DNA of 64,000 bases, from the NCBI GenBank assembly GCA_964016885.1, contig OZ024740.1:310868001-310932000 (forward strand), read 5' to 3'. Both the position numbers and the translations under genes were made by a program. Shown here piece by piece: positions 1-11,659 of this stretch. Each line of letters opens with the position of its first letter. Position 1 is the stretch's first letter. Below the pieces are notes generated by a model. The model searched no databases. It was given only the letters and a program-made list of their open reading frames with translations, and was not told the origin of the DNA. Source of the DNA: Eledone cirrhosa (taxonomy: Eukaryota).

Positions 1-304
1 TCGTGTTTGTGAGACCTTAAGTTCGATTCTTGGACCAGAGATTGTATTATGTCACTGAACAAGACACTTCATTTCACGCTGTTGTTCAAATTCACTCAGC
101 TGCAACAATTTAGTTGGGACGTCACAGATGCCAAGCGTTATCGGGCTTTGTCTTTCCCTTCAACGACATCGATGGTATGGCGAAGACTAGTATATATGAT
201 TGCCTACTGGTCTACCACAAAACAATTTTTTCAGGCTTGCACATTGGAGGGGAACTTTCCACGTGTAAAAAATTGTCAGTCATGAAAGAGAAGTGGGTGT
301 CTTT
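1..304 (+). mobile_element. decayed tRNA-derived SINE with CORE-like segment (cut by window edge)
   Basis: B-box-like AAGTTCGATTCT followed by TGTCACTGAACAAGACACTTCATTTCAC...CACTCAGCTG, resembling the CORE domain as recalled from octopus SINEs; the 3' part is similar to 38790-38865. Confidence 0.6.
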
Positions 305-2957
305 CATAATTATATAACTTTCACAATATCATTAATTCTTATATACGGTTAATAGTCTTTCAAAATCTAATGTCGGATAACCAAAAAGTAACTAAAAACA
401 AATGTTTGCTATGGAGTTTGTTATGGTTATTTTCATACAAAGTTTCCTAAACAGATATTGTGGTATTCGTATGTATCTAAAACGTATCATTGTTATGTGT
501 AAAGTTAAAAGATGCTGCACATTCGTTGAAAGACTGTCTTAGGAACGTTTCCTTCTTCAAGATGTTTATCGCCTCATTAATAACGGCTCACTAAATTTCG
601 ATCAACAATTGCGTACTTATTGTAACGTGAGCCCTACCGAACTTGATGTTAAGATTCTTTAATTAAAATTACACTGATAGTTATAGGAACAAATTATTAT
701 TTTAATTACTATTTCTGGTCAAGGAAGGTAGAAGAGAAACGCCTAATCAGGGAATACAATAAGGAGTATTCTAATATTTAATAGTACGCTAACAACTCGA
801 AACATGTTTAACCTTGTTTGCATTCATAGGTTTATTCGGTGCTGTAACCTAATTTCAATTCTTAGTCAAAAGTATATTTTCTATTCCAATAATAGCTTTG
901 GGAAAGTTTTGGAGGTTAATAGGTTTAATTTCTCACTCCTAAAACTTCAAATATTTTTCCTATTTAAATAAATGGCTTAGTGAATGCTTAACTCTATGCA
1001 AGTGACGTGATGTTATACAACCCATATATAATTTGATTCGGTTAAAATGAATAAAATAGTCATCAATGTTTCTAAAGAAGCGAAAGCTCTGTTAAACAGA
1101 TGCGATATATTTTTGACATAATATCTGCCAAAACTTAGAACAACAGAAGTTATTTTGAAACTTTGTAGAGGTACAATTGTGTTTGGTGTGATGATCCGTT
1201 TAAACAGAATAAATGTAAAATAACCGAATAAAAATCAATTCTAAAGAAAACTGATGGATCAAAATAATACCAATATTACAGAAGATCAATACACCCTGAA
1301 ATATAAACAATGAGTTCTCAAGATGATAAGTAGAACATTAGGAATATTCTTCGTCATTTGTTAAGCCTATTGATACTTTTCGATGTACACCAACTAAATA
1401 AAATACCATCGAAATAAAGTTTAGTTTATTTCATTAAACGGTAAATACTATTATTGGAATTGTGTGGCTTATTTTGGATGTTTTTAGAAGTGATTGGATA
1501 AACTATTAATATTATTTTATTTATTCAGCAAGAATAGAAGTTTACTCCAAAGGTATTTTGTCTTATGGCCTCATTAGTTTGTTAGCATTAATTTAACTAT
1601 TCTTTCCTTTATACAGAAGGCATATCTGAATCCTTTAATTTCCACAGAATTCTAATTCCATACGTCAATCAATTACAATTTTGTGCACCAACTTATAAGA
1701 ATGTTTCATAACAACGTCGCCAAATACAGAGAAGACTAGAATGCACTGAAGACCGACACATAACTGGAATTACCTTGAATGTTTCCTAAAAAATAAGTAG
1801 AATAATTCTAATATAAATTACTGACTAATACTGATTCCTTAACGAATAATAAATAGTTATAGTTTGCTTTTGATGCTCCAATTAAATATGCAGTCACGAC
1901 CTTAAGTATTGTTCTTCAAACAGATTACATTTTCATGCGGTTAACATTAATGTCTCATTTATAGCTTGAGGTTTAGGATGCTTAATTAATGAAATGTATG
2001 TAATTCGAATTTAAGACAGCACATTGATGAGGGCTAGATTAGATATATGAACGATTGATCAGTGGATAAAGCTAAATGAATACAAGGAAATAATGAAATG
2101 CATTCACTGATATAAAACGATGGCAATTCAGATTTGATGAATACACGTCATTACATAAGTCTCACAAATGTTCCTCTTTAACGTACCTAATGCCATTAAC
2201 GGATAAATACCTCTATGATACATATAATGATGAAGGAATACATTAATTCTCACTGATTGTGTTCGCATATGTAGTAGATCTAAAGCGCAATGTTTCATCA
2301 AAATATAATAGAATGTCGAACATTCGATAGTCACGGTTAGAATGATGGCTTGTAGAATACAGAATATCACCCATATAATGGCAAACGTCAGCAAAGGATA
2401 AAACATAATTGAGTGTACTATCACCACATTTCTAAAGGACACAACTACATTAGATATAAACTTATGAACATTCGCAATTACATTAGATATGAACTTACGG
2501 ACACTGCTAATAGATAAAAGAAATGCTTTGTTTCTTAAAACATTAATGGAAATTACGACCATAGACAAGAGTAGAAACGTACTTAGATTATCACTCTCTA
2601 CATCTGTTTGCTAACATTGTAAAGTAGTAAAACCTTTGAATTGTCTGTAGGAATGGCAACAGATAAACATATACATTATCTTTAAAATTTCCTTACTACT
2701 TTGCCATTAATATAAAAGCAAGATAAAAGGAAAAAAGTAGGAAAAAGAAAGCATAATTGTTTGGAAAATGACTAAAGAAGTTATTATTTATATCTGCAAT
2801 TACAGATGTATAATCTGTAATATCTTTGAATTGACTGTATGCGATTAATTTGATATAATGTTGAAAGAGATGGCACATCCCAATGGTATTATAATAATTC
2901 ATCCGGATTGATGAAGTGAAGTCTTAATGAGCAATACAGAATAAGGTTGTATATAAA

Positions 2958-3290
<333 letters not shown>

Positions 3291-5474
3291 GGGATGTATG
3301 TGGGTTTCTGTGTGTGAGTGGGTGTAAAACTAAAAATGTCAATCCTATTTTCCTATTAATGGCAGAGATCCAATTTTTCTCGGTTTTCAGAATGAAATAA
3401 CGAATCTCAAACAAAGTAAAAGGCGATTTATTTTTCTTTATCTTTTTGTTGTCCTATTTATCGAAACGGAATTTTTTTTATCTTTAGATCTCCATATGAC
3501 CCAAAATGTTTTCAACCAACTGATATTATTGGATAACTCTTGAAACATTACCGAATATAGAAAATATTTTCAAATATAGATACCAATAAATTTTCTAATT
3601 CTGATCTGTTCGATAATAGACATATCTCAATCAAATCAGCTTTATTTATTCTTCCTTATATTTATAATTTTTTCTATGATAACATTTGTAAACAATTGTT
3701 CCATGCTTTAACATTTTAGTTTTCTCTACGAAATTAGATAGGAAAATCTTATTGGCAATACTGTGGCTAAACGGGGTTAAATATATAACAGAATTTACTT
3801 ACATGAATTATACTAAAGTAAGGAAATACTAATCGAGTTACCGGGCTATTCCTTCAATTTCTCATCTAACATACAGATTTAGATTAATCCTTGAATTCTC
3901 CATCTAGTATACAGATTTAGATTTTCTTTAAATACTTAAACCTCTCCAAGGCATATTTAAATCCGCTTTAAAAGTATAAACTCCCCCAAGGCAGAAGATA
4001 TAAATGCACTACGAGCTGAATAAATAAAATGTTTTCATTCCAAATTGAAACATTATTAAAATTGATTGCACCTTATATTAAATATGTTTGTGTATAGATA
4101 AATTTGGTTTAATACTTATGAGTTAGATATGTCGTGATATGAAGCTGTCATTATTGTAACATATGCCTCGTTTTCTTAGAGTAGTTTCCCAAATACAACT
4201 GAATCTTACCCAAGCGAAGTTGGTTTACTCATATGTTTCCTGAAGTATGAGTGATGTATCTATGATTTGTGATTAAATTCTTTACACCTAACTCGGTATT
4301 TAATACAGATAATTTCCTCATAGGATACTTAAAGGATGTTTAATTGTAACTTAATTAATTGTAATCATTCTTTTGCAACATATACCTAATGAAATTTTCA
4401 TCATTCACGTCCTCGCTGTTCAGAATAGTTTTAACAAAAGTTAGCATCACACACGGCAGACAACTACATCTAAGGTTATTAGTACAATGCTATTATCCAA
4501 TCACCCGATGAAGAGATTAATGACATAGCTAGCAATTCCAAAGCATGGTAGGAGACCCTTTCATTTGCTTAAAGAGTGTGCTGTAGAGTTTGTCAGCGTA
4601 ATCCTTACAATATTGCGTTTACCTAACAGAACTAGATAGGTTTAGGCTACGCTTTCTATAACAGTAGAGGTGAGGGTAAGCTGTCTGTTTTGTTTGGGTA
4701 GGACAAACACTTACTAGACTATATATAACAGTAAAGTAATAGTCTTTTACGATAGTAACAGTAGATCAACGAAATTATAGAACAATGAACTAACACATAA
4801 ACTAACTCCATTAGCTTACCTGGGTAACACCGAAGTCATTAGAAACATTGAACAGTTCTTTACTTATATTCGCAATAATCCATTGGTGAGATTTTATTCC
4901 CGGCTGCACACAAAATTATTACTGAGACGGATTTACCTCTATTCAAGTGTCTATTATCCGGCGTATTCTAAAGTTGCTGACATTGTTAACAATACAATGG
5001 ATACGAGGTTTTGTGATACTTTCTGGGGTCATATAAAGGTGGATTGCCTTGTTTATAGTCTAAATGTGCATGTTTACTCGTTTTAGTGTATGCTATAAAA
5101 TAATGTTCATGATAATAAATAGAAGTAGTCAAATATTATTATGATACGGTTTCGCTCTACAAATGTAGTTGAATAGGCTTTCTCTTAATGCATTCACTTA
5201 AGAGATTTACATGAAGAAAAGCATATAGTTTCCGCACTCTCAATCTATAATTTCATTTGTTAATTCCTATATAATATAGCAACTGATACCATTACAAACT
5301 ATCAGTGTCCAAGATGCAGAAGCGCGACAAAATTTTCAAGAATTTATAGCGCACTATATTATTAAGAAATTGAATGTAACAGCTTCTCTATGCTTCAAAT
5401 AACTAAAAAACTCTTTTAAAATATCCTAGTTATATATATTCTTTTAATTATTTGATTGTCAGAAACTTAGAGTC

Positions 5475-5636
5475 TCGGACAAAATGCTTTGCAGTATTTG
5501 TTCTGGTTCTTGACTTTCGGAGGTCAACATTGCCTTTGGTCGATAACACGAAAAACCAATCAACCACTCTGGTTGATCTGATCAACTCTCCCTATCACAA
5601 GTTGCTGGTCTTGTTCATAAATTAGAAACAATTATT
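5475..5636 (+). mobile_element. decayed copy of the Nin-like tRNA-SINE
   Basis: GAGGTCAACATTGCCTTT..GGTCGATAA..TTGCTGGTCTTGT..TTAGAAACAATTATT matches the family at 53380-53560. Confidence 0.6.
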
Positions 5637-5816
5637 TTACTAATATCAATTATTGTATTGACTGCATGCTGAAGCACTTTCTACAATGATCGTTACACAC
5701 TCAATAAATACTTTAGTCTGCTACTGATATAAGATATTTCTGTGTATCGTTTAGCTACGTTACGTAATACGACGAAATATAATGCACTGTTTTACAGTTA
5801 TAAATAAACGTATCTA

Positions 5817-5872
<56 letters not shown>

Positions 5873-6179
5873 AACAAGTAGGACTCCGACGGCTGAGCTC
5901 AAGCCGTTTCGACGGCTAATTCTGGACATCTTACCACATTTCCTTACCACATTTCCTTCGTTATATATATATATAACGAAGGAAGATTGGTAAGGAACCA
6001 GATGGACCATAACGCACCAGAGTACTCAATAATTAGGGTAGTAGAGTGGGTAATAGGAAAATGTTTGACCCCGACAGCAGAGCTCAAGCCGTTTCGACAT
6101 TGGTGTTGGTTGCTTAAAGCGTCCGTATGCGGTAGGCCGTTTGAGCACTCGATGCTCTCATAGAGCAGAGTATGATATC

Positions 6180-6454
6180 ACAGAAAAAAAGAGAATCAGT
6201 GTTGCGACGAATGGAATTTATTGGACATATCACAATCGTTTCTCTGGCAACCAGCTCGATGCACGTTCGATGTGATGATCGAACCTCACTCTGAAAATCT
6301 GCTTCGTAGAATCAAGACGTATCTGAGGATCTTGCGATTTTCAGAGTCAGGTTCGATCATCACATCGATCGTGCCTCGAGCTGGTCGCCAGAGAAACGAT
6401 TGTAATATGCCCAATAAATTCCATTCGTCGCAACACTGATACTCTTTTTTTCTG

Positions 6455-6455
<1 letters not shown>
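6180..6455. repeat. fold-back inverted repeat, about 120-bp arms and 36-bp spacer, PLE-terminus-like
   Basis: 6180-6299 is the near-exact reverse complement of 6336-6455; the right end has AATAAA and abuts (TA)n. Confidence 0.92.
6318..6409 (+). ncRNA. type I hammerhead ribozyme motif with long stem II
   Basis: CGTAT-CTGAGGA-TCTtGCGA...TCGCcAGA-GAAAC-GATT-GTA-ATATG; stems I and II pair, stem III near-palindromic (ACGATTGT). Confidence 0.75.
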
Positions 6456-6518
<63 letters not shown>

Positions 6519-6888
6519 AAATGTGTGAGATCATTGGTACAGTTAGGAATATTTGAAAAAAAATGAAAAGAATGACTTCACTTGTAGCTCTAAATAATTT
6601 GATTTAATTTTATAATATTATAATATTATGAGCTGGTAGATCTAGTAAGTTCTTTGTTAACTTCGGTGCGAAGAATTTTAAAGATTCTTAGTTAACTTTC
6701 TTGGAGAACTTTGTCGCATTTATCGGTGGCGATTGTCAAACTGAGATCAGGTTGTGTTGTGATGTGTGTCCCTATATATAAAAGAGCTTTGGATGTGTCT
6801 GGGGTGTGAGGTGTGGTGTTAATTAGTTGGGAGTTAAAGAGTGTTGGTGAAGATTTAAAGGTACATACATACGCATACATATAAACAT

Positions 6889-6934
<46 letters not shown>

Positions 6935-7265
6935 GTACGCACATACATACACATATATTCATATATACACATACACACATGCACACATACATATACACAT
7001 ATCTGTACACCTACAGACAGACATACAAACACATCTACACACATATATGTACACACATCTACTCAAGTATATAAGTTCACATACATATATTGATGTGGGG
7101 AAGGGGAATTAATGAAATTGTATTGTACCTCTGAGGGTTTTTCTTCTCTTCAACGATCGAATGTTTGAATGTACGGGTGTCATCAACTTCTATTTTTCTT
7201 TTTCAATATGAGATTTTTTAAAGAAAAAAGAGAGGGGGAGAATCCCGTTACTTGAAGATGGAATA

Positions 7266-8520
7266 TCACGTTTTTGTGTTCAGTAGTGGTTTGTACTTTC
7301 TAATAAAGAATTATTCTTTATATTTTCGGAAATGTTCGTTGTCTGACCATATCTTAAAGAAGGGGAAAATTGTGAATTTTCCCTTTCCGCATGTTGCGCA
7401 GTGTTCACTGCATGTGGTGTTTCTGACAGAAGGGTCTTTAATTTGTTGTTTATGTACTCGGACTCTGTCATGTAGACCCGTTCCGGTTTAACCAATATTG
7501 TATTCTTTACATTGTGGGCAGGCTGCACAGTAAATCAAGTTTGGGGTTTTGCAATTCATGTTTGCATTAACAGTGAAAACTTGTTGTTTACATAGGAGAT
7601 TGGCCAACCCTCTTCAATGTGTTCGCAAGTTCCGCATCGAGGGTCTCCGCATTTCTTAACTTGCATTGCTTCATTATTAGACGTAAATTTTGCCTTGGTA
7701 AGCAGTTTCTTTGGGTTGGGTGTTTGTCGTCTACTATATATAACTTGTGCGTCTTTTATGAATGCATTCATTTTAGGGAACTGCTGGAGAATCGCGAAAT
7801 ATTGTTTAGCGGCTTTCACAATGTTCAAATTCCTTGGATTGTGAATGATGACAAAAGGGATAACTGTTTTTTTCCATTCTATTTTGTCACTTTGTTTTTC
7901 TCAGTGTTGTCACTGGGATGTTATGGGCTTTGGAGATGGCTGTGTTGATGAGGTTCACCGGATATTCTTGTCTTTTAAGGAACTCTTTTAATTCATATAA
8001 TCTGTTTTCCTGTAGTGTTGGGTGTGTTACTATGGTGCAGATGCGTCTTGCCATGTTAAAGGGAATGTTCCTTTTAGTATGTGAGGGGTATGCTGATCGG
8101 AAATTCAAGTATTCGTGTGTGTCTGTTGGTTTGTAAAATAAGTCCGTTTTGATATTTTCCCCTTCTTTAATGATAAGGATATCCAGAAACGGTAGTTCCT
8201 TTTTATTACATTCCATGTTAAAATGTATTTATTCGTGAAGATTGTTTATGATGGAATGGAATCTTTGCAGGTCTTCTTGGCATCTATTCCAGAAGATGAA
8301 GTGTCGTCTAGGTAGCGTTTCCATTCATGACTCAATGTTACCTGCAGTCTGGAATGTAATTTTGCCTCTAGGTGACCCATAATGAGTGTTGCATATATTG
8401 GGGCCACTTTGGTGCCCAGGGCCGTTCCTTTTATTTCTAAATACAGTTCGTTATAAAAAAGGAAGTGGTTGTTCTCCAATACTAATTTGAGTCCTTCCAA
8501 AATAAAATTATAGGGGAATC
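7266..8520 (-). pseudogene. PLE reverse transcriptase-GIY-YIG endonuclease, 5'-truncated and frameshifted
   Basis: GTALGTKVAPIYA, WKRYLDD, LPFLDI, FYKPTDTHEYLNFRSAYP, Cys linker KCGDPRCGTCEHI, C-terminus FFIRKYKPLLN. Confidence 0.9.
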
Positions 8521-8700
8521 TCTCTATATATATCTAACACAATCGCTTATTAATATGTACATAAATACATACATACATGCATACATATATATATAGAGAG
8601 AGAGATACATAGCTACATACATACACTCACACACACACACATATGTATATATATATATATATATATAGTTAAAAGAATAGAGGTGTAACACACAAGTTAT

Positions 8701-9094
8701 TATATATTGGTAAACGGAATAGAAAATGCTGACAAATTGTTCACAGTTGAAAAATGGTTTAATTAGGAATAAAAGAGTATTAGTGATTGTATGGGTTAGT
8801 ATTCAGTTGTGGTTTTAAGTTTTTAAGTTTTTACCGGTTGCGCATTTCTAAATGCTTTTCAAAAATAATTTTGAGATAGAGTGTCCGTGCTGTTTGCTCT
8901 GATCAGAGCAAACAGCACGGACACTCTATCTCAAAATTATTTTTGAAAAGCATTTAGAAATGCGCAACCGGTAAAAACTTAAAAACTTAAAACCACAACT
9001 GAATACTAACCCATACAATCACTAATACTCTTTTATTCCTAATTAAACCATTTTTCAACTGTGAACAATTTGTCAGCATTTTCTATTCCGTTTA

Positions 9095-9104
<10 letters not shown>
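8701..9104. repeat. perfect spacerless palindrome (about 202-bp arms) of a PLE terminal repeat
   Basis: symmetry centre CTGA|TCAG at 8902/8903; same sequence as the ends of the 53896-56655 element. Confidence 0.95.
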
Positions 9105-9131
<27 letters not shown>

Positions 9132-9406
9132 GAACGCACATACATACACATATATTCATATACACACACATGCACACATATCTGTACACCTACACATATA
9201 TGTACACACATCTACTCAAGTATATAAGTTCACATATACATTGATGTCGGGAAGGGGGAATTAGTGAAATGTTATTGTACCTCTGAGGGGTTTTCTTCTC
9301 TTCAACGATCGAATGTTTCAAAGTACGGCTGTCATCAACTTCTATTTTTCTTTTTCATTATGAGATTTTGTAAACATACACACACATACACACACACATA
9401 CATACA

Positions 9407-10010
9407 TGGTGGCTGCCAACTCGTTTTCGAGTACGGCCACTACTTTATATCCATGTAGGAGAACCCCTACCGATGGGCTGAACAAGTGTGACTTTTTAGT
9501 CCAGCCAGCGACTTCAAAAGTCTGGTACAAACACTACACTTGTGACAATTACTGACGCATAGTGCTGGGCCCATGGTACCATGTGACGACAAGTGCAGAG
9601 AGATCTCTAGATATAAAGCAATGCATGTGCCGTGAAGCTTTTATAGTGAGCAAAGGCACTGCACAAAGCCAGTCCCACTCTCTTAACCAAGATGATATTT
9701 ACCAAAAAGAAGAACAACAACATTGTATACCATCAGAGTTGCAGGTGTTATATCAGAGTTTTCCTTCTAGAATTCTGCCTTGACAAAGGCTAAGGGGTCA
9801 TCTCTCCCGGTGATTTTGGATGGCCATTGACTCTTAAGAGCACCTTTGCCCTTTGACAGGTTTTGTTTTTAGTCCTGCAGGATGTCCAAAGTCACCCTCC
9901 TCACCAAGAAATCTTGGTGGGGTTGCCAGTTTAGTCGCCAACGACCCGGCCATGAGACAGGTTGTACTGGGATACATGTTACCAGTAGCACCAACTGGTG
10001 ACCTGGCATA
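9407..10010 (-). mobile_element. non-coding short retroelement, probably RTE-derived (bipartite)
   Basis: 5' part homologous to 23563-23910; 3' tail homologous to GGCCATACTCGATAACGAGGGGGCAGCCATC; flanked by (CATA)n-type repeats. Confidence 0.65.
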
Positions 10011-10011
10011 G

Positions 10012-10144
10012 ATACATACATACATACATACATACATACATACATACATACATACATACATACATACATACATACATGATGGCTGCCCCCTCGTTATCGA
10101 GTATGGCCATTGCACAATAAAAAAAAAAAAAAAAAAAAAAAAAA

Positions 10145-10189
<45 letters not shown>

Positions 10190-10221
10190 GAAAAAAAAAA
10201 AAAAAAAAAAAAAGGGAAAAG

Positions 10222-10254
<33 letters not shown>

Positions 10255-10450
10255 TATACATATATATATACATACACATATATATACACACACATACATA
10301 CACATACATACATATATACACACACACATACATACACATACACTCACACATATATACACACATACATTAATAACAATAATAATAATAATAATAATAATAA
10401 TACATACATACATACATACATACATACATACATACATACATACATACATA
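10012..10450. repeat. compound microsatellite (CATA)n/polyA/(AAT)n/(TA)n containing a solo 3' tail (10077-10118, minus strand) of the RTE-like element
   Basis: directly visible. Confidence 0.92.
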
Positions 10451-11501
10451 CACCGATATCTGATGAGGACTGCTACAGATACCTGGGTATAGATGAGAAC
10501 ACATCCTATAATGGTATCTGTAATAAGGAACGCGTAACCAGGGAATACTACACCCGATTAAGAAAGATTTGGTCATCGGAACTCTCTGCGCAAAACAAAA
10601 CAGTGGCTCACAATGTGTTTGCTGTGCCTATCATAACACCAACGTTTGGATAACTCAATTGCACGATAGACAAAATCCAGGCAGTTGATGTTAGAACTCG
10701 AAAAATACTAAACAACACCGGAAACTTCCACATCAACAGTGACATAGACCGCCTTTACTTGAAACGTAAGCAGGGAGGCAGAGGCCTAACGTCAGTCCAG
10801 ACAACATTTGAATGTCGCATCATATCCCTTCGGCAACATCTACGAACCTCGAAGCGTAGGAGCCCGCCTCTTGAGCAAGTGTATCTGCATGAAACAGATA
10901 AGATCATGAGAGTTGGGAAGGAACTCCTCAGGTGATATTGCGTGTGATAATCAAAAGCTCACACCCAGGGAAGTCGCTCAGTAGTATCGCAGTGTATCCA
11001 TCGATGAAACACTGCATGCCTATCAGCAAAAAATCATGCATGGATATGTTGCCAGGAAGCTCCAGAGTGAGAGTAATATAGATATGGAAAGTAGTCTATC
11101 TTGGACCAACAACCGCTATATTGGCTCACACTTTGAAGGATACGCTTTTGCAATCCAAGAACAGGAAATTATCACGAAATACCTGATTCACAAAAGAGAT
11201 AGGGATGCAGACAAAACACCTAGATGTGATAACAAGTGCAGGCTCTGCAGATTTAACATCAGAGATGTCACCCATGTCATCAGCAGCTGTCCAAAGATGT
11301 CATCGCGGTACTATCTACCTATGAGGCATGATGTAGTGGCCAAAACACTGTACAATGCAATCCGTAGAAATGATAGCCCCGATAATAAACACATTAAAAG
11401 CTACAGCAATGTGGAATGTTCCAGTAAAAACCCCAATAAAATGCAGGCATAACAGACCAGATATTATGATATGGGACAGGGAGAAGAAAGCATGCACAGT
11501 A
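10451..11501 (+). mobile_element. R4/Dong-clade non-LTR retrotransposon fragment A (RT end, CCHC, start of restriction-like endonuclease)
   Basis: YRYLGIDE, CRLCR..THVISSCPKM..RHDVVAK, NRPDI; in-frame stops and an internal deletion. Confidence 0.9.
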
Positions 11502-11659
11502 TGACTGAACTTGGATTTGCGGACAAAAAGCGGAGCTCCCTAATTCATTTTCTTTTCTTTCATTCAATTTCTTTTCTTTTACAACCTTGCCACCAGGAAG
11601 GTGGCCGGTCAAAAAAAATATACTCGAAATTAAGAGAAAGAGATAACATACATACATAT

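Larger units (their letters stand above)
6860..9370 (-). mobile_element. decayed Penelope-like element (Neptune-like) with two direct terminal repeats
   Basis: RT/GIY-YIG remnants at 7266-8520; 6935-7220 is repeated at about 9128-9370. Confidence 0.8.

Noticed and set aside
2128-2902. Hydrophobic ORFs (146 aa and 68 aa) as a membrane receptor gene
   Set aside because: No recognisable motif, stops between and after them, and composition expected from AT-rich non-coding DNA with a 33-bp duplication
7100-7200. Hammerhead in the old Neptune-like terminal repeat (also 9280-9345)
   Set aside because: TTGATGA and GAAAC-like words are present but stems I-III could not be paired
10459-10480. CTGATGAG in R4/Dong copies (also about 13602, 16416 and 48347) as hammerheads
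   Set aside because: Part of the coding sequence SDEDCYRYLG, with no GAAA or stem architecture
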